64,000 nt of DNA from Vicugna vicugna (Eukaryota), in assembly GCA_013265495.1 (NCBI GenBank), contig MU058650.1, forward strand, positions 709,394-773,393, given 5' to 3'. A program made the translations under genes and the position numbers. A model generated the notes under the pieces. The model saw only the letters and a program-made list of their open reading frames with translations, did no database searches and was not told the origin of the DNA. Below are positions 1-14,060 of the stretch, piece by piece; position 1 is the first letter of the stretch; each line of letters starts with the position of its first letter.

Positions 1-89
1 AAAGACTGAAATTTTTCTCCGTCTTGCATCCTTTTAAATCTGTTGTTCCAGCATAATCCCTACACTTTGTTTTTCTCAAGGTTTTGGCT

Positions 90-223
90 TTTTTTTGGTG
101 GAGGCGGAGGTAATTAGGTTTATTTGTTTATTTGTTTGTTTGTTAACAGAGGTACTGGGGATTGAACCCAGGACCTCGCGTGTGCTAAGCATGCGCTCTA
201 CCACTGAGCTATATACCCTCCCC
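90..223 (-). mobile_element. Camelid tRNA-derived SINE (Vic-1 type)
   Basis: Head GGGGAGGGTATATAGCTCAGTGGTAGAGCGCATGCTTAGC with A and B boxes and an A-rich tail. Target-site duplication (TSD) tcaagg(t/c)tttggct at 76-89 and 224-237. Confidence 0.9.
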
Positions 224-559
224 TCAAGGCTTTGGCTCTTGATAAATAAAGTCAAGTTTGGGGAGATTCAAAACCATTTTCCTTCTTCCTCCTCCTACCT
301 TTAAAAGAGTTTTCTGCACTAATAATTGTAAAGCCTCAATGAAGCATTCAAATGACTTACTCTGTCTTGGTTTCTACTTGCCCCACTCCTAGCCCGACTG
401 CTACAGCAGTGGGTGCAGAAAACTACCACTACCAGTAGCTATGGAAACGGAGGATGGGAACCTAAGATTATGTTCTACAATGCCAATATTTTTACATTGA
501 AGCCTGAGATTAATTCCATCAACAAGGAATTTTGAGGCATGCACTCTTCCAGCTTCTGT

Positions 560-1170
560 GAGTTCCCTACGTTCATGAAACTTGCATTCTAACTGAGTGA
601 GGGAGATAACAAACAAGCAAAAGAATGAATAAACAAGATAGTTTCCAATTACTGGAAGTCCTATGAAGTAAAGAAACAGAGTGATATAATAAAGGAGGAA
701 AGAAAGGAGGTCACGGAAGCTCTACTAAGTTGGTGACATTTGAGCTAAGATCTAAATGATCCAGGGAGCCTGGCACGTGAACAGCCAGAAAACGATCTTT
801 CTAGTAAGAGAAAGCAGCAAGTGTAAAGGCTCAGAGGTGGGAAAGAGTTCAGCGTGGTCAAGGAACAGAGAGGAGACCAGTGTGACGAGAACATCATGGA
901 CACAAGGGACAGATCAGAAAAGGAAGCGGACCCAGATCACGCGGTTCCCAGCAGCCCACGGCAAACAGCTTGAATTTTTTTCTAAGTAAACTGAACAGTC
1001 ATTCATGAGTTTGAGAAACTACATTTGTTTTACGTTTTTAAAAGATTCCTCTGTCTGTAGAATGGCTTATAAAGGGATCAAGAGTGATTATGGTAGCTTT
1101 CACCAAACTGTATTATGAAGATTTGAAGAAGTAGATAGATTCGAGATACGTTTAAGAAATATACTCAAGG
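560..1170 (-). mobile_element. L2 remnant
   Basis: Purine-rich L2-like sequence (ggtgacatttgagctaag, aaggctcagaggtgggaaagag). Confidence 0.6.
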
Positions 1171-1325
1171 AGGATTCCTCAGCTCTCTGTGAAGGAGGGT
1201 TGAAATGTCAGATTCCCAAATTATATAATTGTATCTTTTATTCCACCATTAACACCAAGATTGCAAAAAGTAACTTACAAACACTCTCAACGTCACACCT
1301 GGTTGAACGTTAAAGGCTTTTGACC

Positions 1326-2130
1326 TGGAGAGGATGTGGAAAAAAGGGAACCCTCCTGCACTGTTGGTGGGAATGTAGTTTGGTGCAGCCACTATGGAAG
1401 ACAATATGGAGATTCCTCAAAAAATGAAAAAGAAACTTACCATATGACCCAGTAATCCCACTGCTGGGCATATATCCAGAGAGAACTCTAATTTGAAAAG
1501 ATACATGCACCCTAGTGTGCATAGCAGCACTATATACAATAGGCAAGACATGGAAACAGCCTAAATGTCCATCAACAGATGACTGGATAAAGAAGATGTG
1601 GCATATTTATATAATGGGATACTACTCAGTGATTAAAAAAATAATAAAATAATACCACTTGCAGCAACATGGATGGACCTGGAGATTGTCATTCTAAGTG
1701 AAGAAAGCCAAAAAGAGAAAGAAAGATACTGTATGATACCACTCATATGTGGAATCTGAAAAAAGGAAAAAGGGAAAAAGGGGCACTAATGAACTCACCT
1801 ACAAAACAGAAGCAGACTCACAGCCCTGGTAAACAATCTGGTTACTAGGGGAAAGGGGCTGGGAAGGGATAATCTTGGGAGTTCGAGATTCACAAATATT
1901 AACTACTGTATAAAAATAGATTAAAAACACAAATTTCTTCCGTATAGCACAGGAAACTATATTCTATGTCTTGTAATAACCTTTAATGAAAAAGAATATG
2001 AAAATGAATATGTGTATATATAGGTATGACTGGGACATTGTGCTGTACACACCAGAAATTAACAGATTGCAACTGAATATATTCCAGTAAACCAAAAAAA
2101 TGAAAAAATTTTAAAAATTAAAAGAAAATT
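1326..2130 (+). mobile_element. L1 3' fragment (ORF2 end and 3' UTR)
   Basis: L1 ORF2 C-terminal sequence and A-rich tail; 16-bp TSD with 2 mismatches (ttaaaggcttttgacc at 1310-1325, ttaagggctcttgacc at 2131-2146). Confidence 0.9.
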
Positions 2131-3106
2131 TTAAGGGCTCTTGACCAGCTGCCTAAACAAAAATCAGGACCATTGACGCAAAGATAAGGCCACGCATCTC
2201 ACTGGCACGCTCTTTGTCTCTAACCCTTTGTGATACAAAGAATGCTTATTAGTGCTCATATCCAAGCTGCATGAGAGTACGTGGAGTGTAAGTGTTGTGC
2301 AAAAATAATCTGATGGTTATGTTCCACCTTGAACACAAATGTTAGGATTTGGAGGGTAAAATTCAGATTTATTTCCCCCTTTAGCATTTGGTGACCAGGT
2401 AGATCACCCACCTAGAGTTTCAGACTCATACATGCTTGGCTCAGTTGTGCCGAGTGTGCTGAGCAGATCATCCTGCATCGGAAACTGCAGCTCCATTGGA
2501 AGGAGAGAGCAAACAGACTCTTTCAAAGATCAAAGCAAACAGTGTATAATGTCAGTGAGTTTTAAGTTCCTAAACCACTCAAGGATTAAGGATGTTGCTA
2601 GAGGAGTTAGGGATCTCCTGCTGGCAAGTGGAGTAGAGTCCACATATTCTCAGGTTTCTAGCCATTAGAGAGCACACATAAGAAACCAATAGTCAAACGT
2701 TCATCCACAGCACTTAGCTGCATTAACTGGCCAAGCAAGTGCTCAAGAACTTCACAGGATAGGATTGAGCTGGCCTGGAAAATGAAGCTTAGACATGAGA
2801 ACTAATTAGAGGTCTTCCTGGGAGACACCTTTGCAGAGAGCTTGGCTTGTCCAGTGAATTCAAAATACCTCCACATCTAGCTGCACAAACCTAGTTGCCA
2901 GCAGAATAAAGAAAGAGGGAAAAGACTGAGAGATGAGTCCATATTGGGTTTTTTTTTAAGCACCTCTCTCCCTTTTCCCCAGTAAAAATAGTATCCAATG
3001 AACTCTCCCCAAACGCTGCCCAGTTGTGTTAGCTCCTCCTCCTCCCTTCATAAGGCATAAGCAGGTGATTTAAGCAGGAAAGTGCTCGCTTCAATATAAT
3101 CCTTTC

Positions 3107-3830
3107 AGGTGCAGAGGAAAAGGAACTGTTGGTGGGACTGTAAGTTGGGTGCAGCCACTGTGGAGGACAGTATGGAGTTTCCTTTAAAAACTAAAAATAG
3201 ACTTACCATGTGATCCTGCAATCCCCCCCCCCCGGGCATATATCTGGAGAAAACTCCAATTCAAAAAGATAAATGCACCCTAGTGTTCATAGCAGCACTA
3301 TTTACAAGAGCCAAGACATGGAACCAACCTAAGTGTCCACTGACAAATGACTGGATAAAGAAGATGTGCCATATATATATATGAATATTACTCAGCCATA
3401 AAAAGAATGAAATAACGCCACTTGCAGCAACATGGATGGACCTAGAGATTATCATATTAAGTTAGGTAAGTAAGACACAGAAAGACAAATATTGATGTTA
3501 TCACTTATATGTGGAATCTAAAAAGAATCATATACATGAACTTATTTACAAAACAGAAATAGACTCACAGGCATAGAAAACAAACTTACGGTTACCAAAG
3601 GGGAAAGTGAAGTAGGAGGGAAGGATAAATTAAGAGTTTGGGATTAACAGATACACACAACTATATATAAAATAGATAAGCAACAGGGGCCTACTTTTTA
3701 GCACAGGGAACTGTATTCAATATCTTGTAATAAACCCTATAAGGCAAAAAGAATCTGAATCACTTTGCTGTACACCTGAAACTAACACAAGACTGTAAAT
3801 TAACTATGCTTCAATAAAAATGGTTAAAAA
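3107..3830 (+). mobile_element. L1 3' fragment
   Basis: Similar to the other L1 3' ends in the window; ends with AATAAA and an A-rich tail. Confidence 0.88.
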
Positions 3831-4149
3831 TGTACAATCCTTCATATGAAAAGGAGTAAAAGCCTCTTTTTCTGTTGAATAATGAGGATGGGGAGCTGCA
3901 GGTCTCCCCTTATCATCTGTCCCTGAATTATTAGGATTCTAGTGCAGCAGTGACTTGAACAAGAAATTTACTTAATCTTTGATCTTGTTTATAAACAACT
4001 TCTTTAGTGTTTGGCTCAGAGAACAGAAGAGAGATCTTTCAGAAGTTTAGTGTTTGCCATTCCTGTGCTTTTCTTTCCCACCAAAACTCAAGGTTTGTTC
4101 TTGACATACTGTTCTCTCTTCCATACATTTTCTGTAAAACATCTCATAC

Positions 4150-4960
4150 TCTGCATTACTGTTTTTGGGCTGATGGCTTCCAAATCTGTATCATCTCCAG
4201 CCCTAATCAATCCATGAACTTCAGGCTCTTTCATTCAACTGCCGGCTAGACATGCATGAGAAGTCCATCAAACATTTCAAAATCAATATAATCCGAATTG
4301 AATCTAAACTTCCTTACCTATTCCCATCCCAAGCTGTTCCTCTGCCTGTATTTCCAATTACTGTTAATGGTACTTCTATCATCTGCCTAGTCACCAATCC
4401 AGCAGACTCAGAGTGACTCTCAGACACCCCTCCTCCCTTACACATTCCATCACTTGCCAAGTTCTGCTGATTTAACATTCTACATATTCTTGAATCTGAG
4501 CTTACTCTTGTTGAGGTCCTCCTCAATTTTTAACTAAACTAAAAAGGCAATCTTCCAGCAAGTCTCCCTGCCCCTAATGTTGTTCCCTTAAATCCATCCT
4601 CAACAATGTTATCTAAAGGGCACACCTGACCTCTCCTGCTTTAAGCCCTTCAGCAACTTCTGATTGCCCACAGTGTGCAATACGAGTTCCTTAGCATGAC
4701 GCATATGCCTGTCAATACCAATTGCCCACCTACCTTTTAAACTTTATCTTTCTACATCACCTTTTTTTAAGTTCTAGTCATCAAACCGCTTGTTCCCTCC
4801 ACACTCCATGACCATTTAAATCTCTGTGATCTTGTAAATGTTCCTTTGCTTGGAATAACTTTCCACTTTCTTTCTCCTAACTTTTCCCATCGATCATGTG
4901 TCAGCCCAAGTGTCATTTCTTTCTAAGAGTTTCTTTTGAAACTCCAGTGCCTGCCAAGTG
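4150..4960 (+). mobile_element. L2 remnant
   Basis: tccaaatctgtatcatctccagcc...tcaaaatcaatataatcc is L2-like. Confidence 0.6.
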
Positions 4961-5039
4961 CCCCTTCCCTGCACTTCTATGACACCTGAGTCTATGTCTC
5001 TTACTAAACACACTCATTCCATCCTCTCAAAGCACCACC

Positions 5040-5320
5040 AGCAGAAACGAATGCATAGATTTCTTTCAATGAACTGGCTCACTGATTGTGGGGACTGCTG
5101 TGAAGTCCAGAATTTCCAGAGCAGGCCAGCCAACCCAGGGAAGAGTTGATGTTATAGGTCAACTCTGAAGGCAGTCTGGGGAAAATTCCTTCCTCCTCAA
5201 GGAACCTTGGTCTTTTCTTGTGAAGTCTTCAACTGATTGGATGAGGCCCACCCACATTATGGAGCATAATCTGCTTTACTCCAAGTCTATTAATTTAAGT
5301 ATGAATCCCATCAAAAAATA
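5040..5320 (-). mobile_element. ERVL LTR fragment (MLT2-type)
   Basis: ttcaactgattggatgaggcccacccacattatggag is a characteristic MLT2 motif. Confidence 0.75.
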
Positions 5321-6302
5321 TAAGTATAGTACTGAAATGATCAATGTACATTCTGGGGCTTTAGGAGAGTCAATCAGTAACAGCCCTCCTTCTTGCACCC
5401 AGGTTAGAAACCAATTGAAAAATAAAAGAGCTAGGAGAATGAAAATTAAAAATTGCCTTTGCTATTGATAAGGTGAGAATGTGGCAGAAGTCTCTGAGCC
5501 AAGTGAGCTGACTTAGATTTACCCTGAATAATCCCTGGGGGGTTGTGCACCAACCCTCACCTACATGAGAGGGTACCTGCCCTGAAAATGCAGGGTGGGG
5601 CAGGAAGCCATGAGTGTCACTCCAGTGGGGCCTCCTCCTCATGAAAACATGAAGCCAAGGAAGTGAGGTTTACTCCAAAGATCTCTCTCTTTCATTAGAT
5701 GGTAAGCTCCTTGAAGGCAAGACCACATCTTACTCCTTTTTGCATCCCCAAAGCTGGCCTCTGTGAATGCTGATTGAATTTAAATGTTCCATCAGCTGTA
5801 ATGATTAAAATCATTTTGGGGTGACAGGAACTGACAACAGCACAGGAAGAGTCAAAGTAAAGGCAAAAAAAGATTAGTATCTAGAATGGTGACACTTTTC
5901 AAAATGTCTATGATGTAATTCCAGAAGGAAAAGGGAAAATGTAACGGAAAGTTAAAATCATTACTTTGCCGTTGTAGAATTATGGGTAATATTTTAATAA
6001 TATTTCTTTAACTTAACCTTTTTTGGAGAAAAATGTTTTAATACATATGGGAGTTTAGTAGACATGTATTGTTTTGTCTACTCAGGGCAACACCCTCCTT
6101 TTGTGGAACTGTTCCGTCTCCTCTCCAACCATGTGATTTTGGTGGGAGCTGCAGGACACCGTGCTTTACTCCCCTGGTCACAGTGATGGGCACCTGACCA
6201 CAGCCAGACCAGAGCCCTAGCGAGTAAGAGCAGGGGCAGGGAGAATTGGAATTTCCTGTTGTAGAAAGGTTTGATGTGCCTTGCAAATGGTCGGAGACCT
6301 AC

Positions 6303-6708
6303 AGAACCCTCTGATTAGAAGTAAAGGTAGTTGAAGACAGATCTTTCCCCAGAAAAGCAGCCCCTGTCTCATTTCCCTCTTCTTTCTCGTTACCGTTTTC
6401 CTGCTGGTGTTTATGGGAACAGTTGCTCAGACCCGGTGGATCTGTGGTGTCTCCTTGTTTAACATCAGCAGGGAGCCCTGCTGAAGCGCTACCACCACAC
6501 CCCAGTGCCCTCTTTCCAATCACTTCTGGGAGTCCCGGCAGGTGTCCCTCAGTGTTGAGGTAAACTTCCAGCCAGCCAGCAAATGGCCTCTCACACTTTG
6601 TCCCTCTCCCTCATGGGTCACCCTATGGCTCAGCCACCGACCAGACAGAAGAGTCACTGTTCCTAATGGCCCTTGCCCTTCCAAGTGGGGGCAAGGGAAT
6701 GGGTGACC
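6303..6708 (-). pseudogene. Candidate relic exon
   Basis: Acceptor TTCTTCTAAGCAG, donor GTAGGT; a single frame of 134 codons with only two stops, containing AGWLEVYLNTEGHLPGLPEV; phase 1 to 2. Confidence 0.5.
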
Positions 6709-7499
6709 CTGCTTAGAAGAATGACGCTGTCAAAGCTCCCTGAGGAATTTGAATAAGGTAACCATGATCAGATGATCTCCTCTTGGGCTGAGCAGAGCCC
6801 AGCCCTGTTCTTGCCTCACAGGCAGAGGCCGGCGCTTCTGGGGCATGGCCAGCGGACGCTCGTTCACGCCCAGTCAGCAAGGTGAAAGATGCTTTAGCTG
6901 AGTGAGGGGCTTACTCCTTACTGAGCAGGGATGCAGAAAATGCATGAACACAGATTGTCTCCATTTGTTTGTCTGTTTGTTTTCTTTCATTTGTTTCTTC
7001 AAAAGTGGGGTAGACATAAAGTGAAAGTTCAAATTTTCTGAACTGTGCTATTTAGGAAAACTAACCATTATCGTGTTGGCCATGGTGCTGCTCTGAGTAC
7101 GCGAGCTTTGCATGGTGTTCTGTGGAGAAGTGAATGACAATGTTTCTCCCTTTTTTTCACTTTAACAATTCTTAGTGAGAATAACTTTTGCTTTCTCCTC
7201 ACAGCTCAGCTTTCCTGGGTCCCAATATTAACATACATCTGTGAGGCTGGGCGAGGTCATAAGTACCAGAATGAACCCACGATCACCCACCGTCAAAACT
7301 AGAAACCTGTGTTGCTGTGTGTCAGACTCGCCTCTCTTGAGCCTGTCAGACATCACTGGATACATCCGCTCCCTTCAGTGGACATAATTTGATCCTCTGA
7401 AAGCTCTACAAAATACCTCCTTAAAGTGCCTGAAGTCATCAGGCTTTCTACCAAGGCGTTTGTGTCCAACATGCTCAAACACACTACACATTTCTTTAT

Positions 7500-7660
7500 C
7501 AGTTCTAGTCAATGTAACTTTCTGTAATGTTGGAAATGCTTAACATCTGCACTGCCCAATAAACTATAATCACACATGTGCAATGTTTGATTTAATTAAC
7601 TGTAAGTTAAAGCCATTTAAATATTCACATACAGTGAATGACTACTAGTGGACAGGACAC
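7500..7660. mobile_element. MER3-type DNA transposon fossil
   Basis: aactttctgtaatgttggaaatgc...tctgcactgcccaata...gtggacag. Confidence 0.6.
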
Positions 7661-9639
7661 TTTCATAGGAAAAAAAAATTCCTTTAAAGTGACCAAAGAT
7701 TCCAAAATAGGTAACTAGAGATGAGTGAAATTTTTATTAATGCTGCTCAACTTTTCCTTTAAAATGCCCCTCATAAGTGAACAGGAGCTAAATGAATTTG
7801 CAACCCTGAGGCATCCAAGGATATGAAATTTCTTGGATGTACAAGTTTTCCTTATGTATGCATAGTTTCTAATAAAATCCATATTTTATATATATAGATA
7901 TATATTTAATTTGAAATTACATTTAAAAGTAATTCCAAGTAAAACTGGTGCTTGAGGAGGACGCGTCCCATAACCCTGGCACACCACCCAGTTCCCGTTG
8001 GGCACATATGCTCCATCATGGGAGCAGGGGACTAAATGACGGAGCACAGGGAAACGCAGCTGTGCCAGCTCCAACCAGCACCCCTGTCTTCCTAGCACAG
8101 GCCACGCTCACTACTTCCCTTTGCAGATGAAACTGAGTAGGGGTAACTGAGGTGCCAAATCTTGTTCATAATTGGCAAAGTCCTCAAGACGTCTGCTGTG
8201 GTGAGCTTTGTGTCCCTCTTACTAACAAAAAAGGTTAAAAGATAAACTCACAGGTAAGAGATAAAGGAGGGCCACTCCCAGGCAGCAGTGTGAACTAGTT
8301 TTTGTGTTCTGTCCTACCTGGACACTTTCCTGGCTGTTTTCATCAGTGGCCCTTTTCATCAAGACACCCTGGGCTGCCATGCTAGGGGGTGCCTCTGGTC
8401 AACCTCAACAAACTTACCTCATAATCTTTATGCACAATAAGGTGTAATTACAAATTAGCTCTTCCCTGATATGTACTTTTTTTTTAAAGTTTCTATAAAC
8501 TTAAATTAAGACCAGAAAGCTTTATCATAGGTAGGCAGTAATATGAATCTTTCAAATTCAATATTATAGAAGTTTCACCATGGATTTCCTTCTTCTCTGA
8601 ATGAGAAGTGCCAAAAGCCTATAAAATAAATGACAGTAATCTGCAAAGCTTTATTTCTCTTTGACTAATAGATCTGGTCAGTTGTCCCCCACGTGGCTTA
8701 AGGCACATGTGTCATACACCCCACCATTCAAGGGTTAATGATGCTTTATATTTATCCTTAGCATTATGATGTGACTAGTCAAGACATCTTTCAGCCAGGC
8801 ATCACACAGAGCCAGGCAAGGGAGACTGTTTCCTGGTGGGGCAAAGAGAAGCTCTTTTCTGGACCACAGCCTCGTCATTCCTGAGGCACAGGGCTCCACA
8901 GAGGAAAGCAGACCACAGAGAGTACCGGCCACCATGGCAGAGCCCGAAGCCTACTTCCCGAGCATCAGGTCACCAGGACGTCACACCCAGCGCTCAGACC
9001 ATTCCTGATGACGCCGATGACACGGTGTTTGTGTGTATATGTTGGGCTTTCTGCCAACAGACAAGCTCAAGAAATGGGTAGTTTGGCCCCATCTCGTCTG
9101 GCTTCTTGCTTTACAGCTGAGTGACCGAGAGTGAAATAACTATCTCATGAAGGGGACTGGTGCAAGACTATTCTATGTAGTGTTGGAAGCTAATTCCTCT
9201 TTTTTTCTGTGTCTGTCCCTTGTATTTATTCATTTGACAAACCATTACGCATGTGTTCACTTAAATGCTGCAGAGCCAGGGCAGGGAAAGCAATGCGAGG
9301 AAGAAAATCAGGGCATGAGGTTGACCAACCAGCATTCCTGCGATCCATAAGAAGCGACTGCCAGACCTTATAGAAGCTTATGTTTACATATTTATATACA
9401 TACATAAATACATTTACTTATGTTACTTTACATTTTCCCAGTTTTAAAAGAAGAAAAATTCCTGAGAAATTAAATGACTTGCCTGGTCAGCAGCAGAGGC
9501 AAACCTGGACGTTTAAGCAGGGTTTTTTCCTAGTACACGTTCATCAGTGAGTAAGGGAGACACCATACTGTCTTTTGAATGAAAACAACGCATCTGCGGA
9601 AGGTAGACAGTGTGAGGCTTCAGCAGCGTGGTTTATAAT

Positions 9640-10780
9640 TTTTCATGAGCACCAGCCACACGCAAGGCATTGCGCTAAGTGCTTCCAGGTTTGCAAGCAC
9701 AAATCGGATACCATCCCATCTCTCCAGGAAGGGATTAACTGACAGGAGAGAGATACACACAAAGAATTCCAACACAGGGTGGATGGTAGCTTCACAACAG
9801 AAGTACAGAGTTTAGAAGACAGAACTGAGGTGGTCGCTGAAAAAGTGAGTAAGATTTGGACAGACACGGACAGAGGGGCAAGTCTTTTCAGGTGGAGTTA
9901 AAAAGGAGCCACGAGGCAGGAGTGGAAAAGTTCAGGATGTGTTTGGAGAATGTCCGGTCTGACTGGAGGCCAGAGTGCTCTCCTTAGCACGTTAGACCCA
10001 AAGCAGAGATTCTCTTCAGGTCCCCCCCCCACCCCGGTAGTAGATAAGAGCCCTGGGGTCGCAGCTGGGGCCTAATCCTGGCCAGGCCCCTTCCTCGAGG
10101 CAAGATCTGATGACGGTGGGCGAGCAGCTCACCGTTCTCAGTCTTGGTTTCCCCTTGGCGAATGAGGGCCAATAACACTGACCTTGCGGGGTGTTCTGAA
10201 TACTCATTCAGTTGATCCATAAACATACATTGAGTGTTTACTGGGCCAGGTCTGCTCTGTGCACCACAGATAATGCAGTGAACCAATTAAGAGTGTTCCT
10301 TGCCCTGATAAAGCTCTGTCTAGTTGAGGAACCAGATATGAAACAAGTGAGTTATTTATTCTTCGTTTATCAGCTTAGAAGACCTTTTTGCCTCAATCTA
10401 AATTAGATCTCCTCCCCACTTATTTACTCTCGCAGCTCTATCTACTTTTCCTTCAAGACACTTGTCCTCATTTTAAATTGTACGTTTCCTTCATTGATAG
10501 CTAGGTGAAAAGTGGGTGACGAAAGTCCCAAACAGAGCGTGTTCTGCAGCAAGTGTGATGTCCTTGCAGCAGGAAGGAGTTTGGGCAATTTGAGGAATCA
10601 AAAACTCAGTGTGGACGGAGCACAAAGGGAGGAGAAAGGAGAGAGGTTAAGGTTTGATCGGGAGAAAAGTCATGGGTCAGCTCATGCAGAATCTCCCAGG
10701 CCAAGACTTAAGAACTTTCTATTTTATTGTCATTGTCAGGGGAAGCCACTGATGGTTTTAAGGATGTAAAACGCTGCAGT
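9640..10780 (-). mobile_element. L2 remnants with a MIR fragment
   Basis: L2 3'-end-like cattcagttgatccataaacatacattgagtgtttact and MIR-like ctcagtcttggtttcccc. Confidence 0.5.
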
Positions 10781-11160
10781 GAATGAGTGGAGGGAACACG
10801 GCAGTTTCCTCCTTAGCAGTTATTCCATTTCCCCTAACGTAAAGATGAGACTGGCTCACACCAGTCACAGTTGTTAGTTCATAACCCAAGTTGGCAAATC
10901 AGAGTGAATTCTAGGAATTTATCTTAGCAATTACAGGAAAGAGAAATTTCCTCTCTTGCCCAAAGAAGTGCGCAGCCCAGGAACTGCTGGTGGCTATTTT
11001 GCCATCAGAAGGGAAGCCTCTTTGAGGATGAAGGCAGCCCACGCAGGAGGGCCCAGGTGAGGGGTTCGCGGGGAGATGGAGCAGCAGTCCTGCCCCCACT
11101 GAAGCCTGCCCGCCTATGGACTCACTGCGTACCCATGCCAATCAGTTCCGCTGATGAGCA

Positions 11161-11330
11161 GGTGGAGGGTATAGCTCAGCGGTTAAGGGAGTGCTTAGCA
11201 CGCACGAGGTCCTGGGTTCAATCTCCAGTGCCTCCTTAAACAAATAAACAAACAAATACATAAATTAAAAAAACTAACTACCTTCCCCCATTTAAACACA
11301 TAAATAAATAAAATAAACAAATGAAAATAA
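11161..11330 (+). mobile_element. Vic-1-type SINE
   Basis: GGTGGAGGGTATAGCTCAGCGG...GTCCTGGGTTCAATCTCCAG followed by an (AAAT/AAAC)n tail. Confidence 0.88.
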
Positions 11331-11440
11331 CACCCAAAATACAGAGCTCCTTAACACAGACCACGAAAATAGGCCTCTAGCCAGACCAAGAGAAGTGATC
11401 AGAACTCAGGACGAATCCGTAGTGGAACCAAGGGGGCTTT

Positions 11441-12303
11441 TTGGTTTTTCAGTTGAGGTATAGTCAGTGTACAATGTTGTGTCCACTTCTGGTGTACAGC
11501 ACAATGCTTCAGTCATCCATGAACATACACAAACTCATTTTCATATTCTTTTCCACCGTGAGCTACTACAAGATCTTGAATATATTTCCCTGTGCTACAC
11601 AGTATAAATTTGTTTATCTGTTTTATACATACCTGTCAGTATCTGCAAATCTCGAACTCCCAGTCTGTCCCTTCCCGCCCTCCTCCCCCCTGGCAACCAC
11701 AAGTCTGAATTCTATGTGAGTCTGTTTCTGTTTATATTTAAGTTCGTTTGTCTTCCTTTTTTTTCTTTTTAGATTCCACATATGAGTGATCTCATACGGT
11801 ATGTTTCTTTCTCTTTCAGGCTTATTTCATTTAGCATGACATTCTCCAAGTCCATCCACATAGCTGCAAATGGCATTATGTTATCATTTTATGGCCAAGT
11901 AATATTCCACTGTATAAACATACCACTTCTTCTTTATCCAGTCATCTGTCGATGGACATTTAGGCTGTTTCTGTGTCTTGGGTATTGTAGACAGTGCTGC
12001 TATGAACACTGGGGTGCAGGTGTCTTTTTGAAGTAGGGTTCCCTCTGGATATATGCTCAGGAGCGGGATTCCTGGGTCATATGGTAAGTCTATTCCCAGT
12101 CCCTTGAGGAATCTCCACACTGCCTTCCACAGTGGCTGCACCAAACTGCATTCCCACCAGCAGTGTAGGAGGGCTCCCTTTTCGCCACAGCCTCTCCAGC
12201 ATTTATCACTTGTGGACTTTGAATGACGGCCATTCTGACTGGTGTGAGGTGATACCACATTGTAGTTTTGATTTGAATTTCTCTGATGATTAGTGATATT
12301 GAG
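11441..12303 (-). mobile_element. Relatively young L1 3' fragment including the ORF2 CCHC knuckle
   Basis: ORF 11884-12258 contains [18 protein letters not shown]...PYDPGIPLL, the L1 ORF2 C-terminal motif. Confidence 0.92.
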
Positions 12304-12530
12304 TCAGGGAGGGCTCTTAAAGCCTGAAAATGGAAGATAATCTGGAATCAAAGGCGATTCGTTAACTCCAAAATCCTCACAAATTTTCGTGTTAATGCTT
12401 CACCCCTAACATAACCCAGCTCTTCTTCACATATTGCTTTTCCCACTTCCAAACTGGCTTTCATGAACTCAACCCTGTATAGGTGTTTTCCTACGTAGCT
12501 TTTATTTATTCGCTACTTTGGCTTACTTAC

Positions 12531-12821
12531 ACATGGCCCATCACGGCTCTCAGATCAGCCTCTTCCTATCATATTTCCGATCAGTTTCAGATTCCACTAC
12601 TGATTGCCTGGTTATCTCCATAGGTTCCCATTTGGAATCCAGAGAGTGGGAATCCAACCAGTCTGGCTCCTTCCTCTTTGGGACGAGGTCGTCACACCAG
12701 ACCACCTCACTGGGCTGTGGGCTGACAGCCCTTGGGTCATACGTGATCAGAGAGGAGCATCCCTGAGCTGTCCTGTCCGTTTTCCTGAGAGGCGCGTGTC
12801 TGACCGCTCTGTACACCAGGG
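12531..12821 (-). pseudogene. Candidate relic exon
   Basis: Acceptor TTTGTCTTTTCCTCCCTGCTAG, donor GTAAGT, 291 bp symmetric phase 1; 89 open codons then two TGA. Confidence 0.55.
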
Positions 12822-13888
12822 CTAGCAGGGAGGAAAAGACAAACGCCTTGGAATCTCAGTTCAAAATGCTAGTTTAGCTACTACAGGAAAAGTTTTTCAT
12901 TTTTAATAGATGAGAATGCTATTGGTCTCTGGTGTCCTTGAAAAGACTTCCTCTGAACCGAGAAATAATAATTTACTTCATTGGGAAACAAAATGAACCA
13001 TGCAAATGAAAATTGTGAATTACTCATTTGGAGACTAACCGGGGGAGGAGACGAAGTCTGCACTCGAATGTGCATCTGCTTGAAGCCTGAGGAGCTGGGC
13101 TACAGCCAAGTGTGAGTCTTTCTTTCCTTTTCTTTCTTTCTTTCTTTTTTTTTTAACATTTCTCTCTAGGCTTTTTAAGTAGATGAAATGCACCTATAAC
13201 TCCAAGAGCGCTTTCCTTATTGCTACCGGGGCCCAGTGGAACTAAGAAACCTAAGCTTCTTAAAGAAAACGTAAGAGATCCCTGGGGATGAGCTGCCACA
13301 GAGGCTTCTTTGTGAGTCTGGCATCTGTGTTGTATTATTGTTGATAAACGGACTTCTTTCTTTTTTTTAAATTTCAATCTCCGTGCCTTTAAAGGAAAAA
13401 TGTACTATTATTCAGGCAACATCAGAAACCTTAGCTCCGAGCATCCTTCCATTTAAAATGCTGTAGCCACTTTCCCCAGAAGCCTTCTCCTTCCTTCCTC
13501 CTTTGACTCCTCCTTTCCTCAGCAGCCAAGTAAATTGTCAAGACCCGATCTACGGGCTGCTGCTTCCTCACCTGACTTGCTACCCAGCCTTCCTCCTAAT
13601 TAGCAGACTTTAGGGGCAGATGTGACGTGTGGGATGCCTGAGGCTGGGCTTCCTCAGAGAGACAACCAAGAAATTAGGATGTAGTCCCAAGTACAGCATG
13701 TTCTGATCACTTTTTTCTTTTCACCTGAGGATCAGTCATATTCTAGGAACTGATTCATGCTCACCAAATTCATAAGACACTGCCACGAGAGCCAATATAA
13801 TTTAGACAGAAAGCAAACCTTATTGGTGACTGGCATACCCATGTCTCTTGTGCAGGGCACAGCCCTCCCTCCACCCCTGTCACCTCAC

Positions 13889-14060
13889 CTCCAGCTGTCA
13901 AATTACCTGGGAAACTGACTTGTCACCAGAAGATTCGTGGTAAGCACGCTATCCCAAAGGAAGCTGGCAGATGTTCTGAGCCTCAGCCCGACTCCCCTAG
14001 GTGGTGCGGCTTTAGTGTGACTATAAACTCACACCTGCCAGGCACAGTGTCTCTGTGCCT
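13889..14060 (-). pseudogene. Candidate relic exon
   Basis: CTAAT branch point, TGTCAG acceptor, donor GAG/GTGAGG; reads RHRDTVPGRCEFIVTLK...LPRIFW*QVSFPG; ends in phase 1. Confidence 0.35.

Noticed and set aside
150..223. tRNA-Ala-like sequence (also at 11161, 38490, 43918 and 44575)
   Set aside because: Each copy has the same 3' extension and A-rich tail, and several have TSDs, so these are SINE heads rather than tRNA genes.
361..566. Possible further relic exon (donor GTAAGT at 360, 54-codon frame in phase 2)
   Set aside because: The acceptor lacks a pyrimidine tract and overlaps an L2 remnant, so it is too weak to call.
3082..3092. GTGCTCGCTTC, identical to the first 11 nt of U6, just upstream of an L1 fragment
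   Set aside because: Too short, with no further U6 similarity, and apparently outside the L1 TSD; compatible with chance.
8418..8492. Minus-strand segment ending in GAG/GTAAGT
   Set aside because: Weak acceptor, AT-rich, and no convincing frame.
11884..12258. 124-aa ORF with a Cys/His motif
   Set aside because: It is the L1 ORF2 C-terminal zinc knuckle, not an independent gene.
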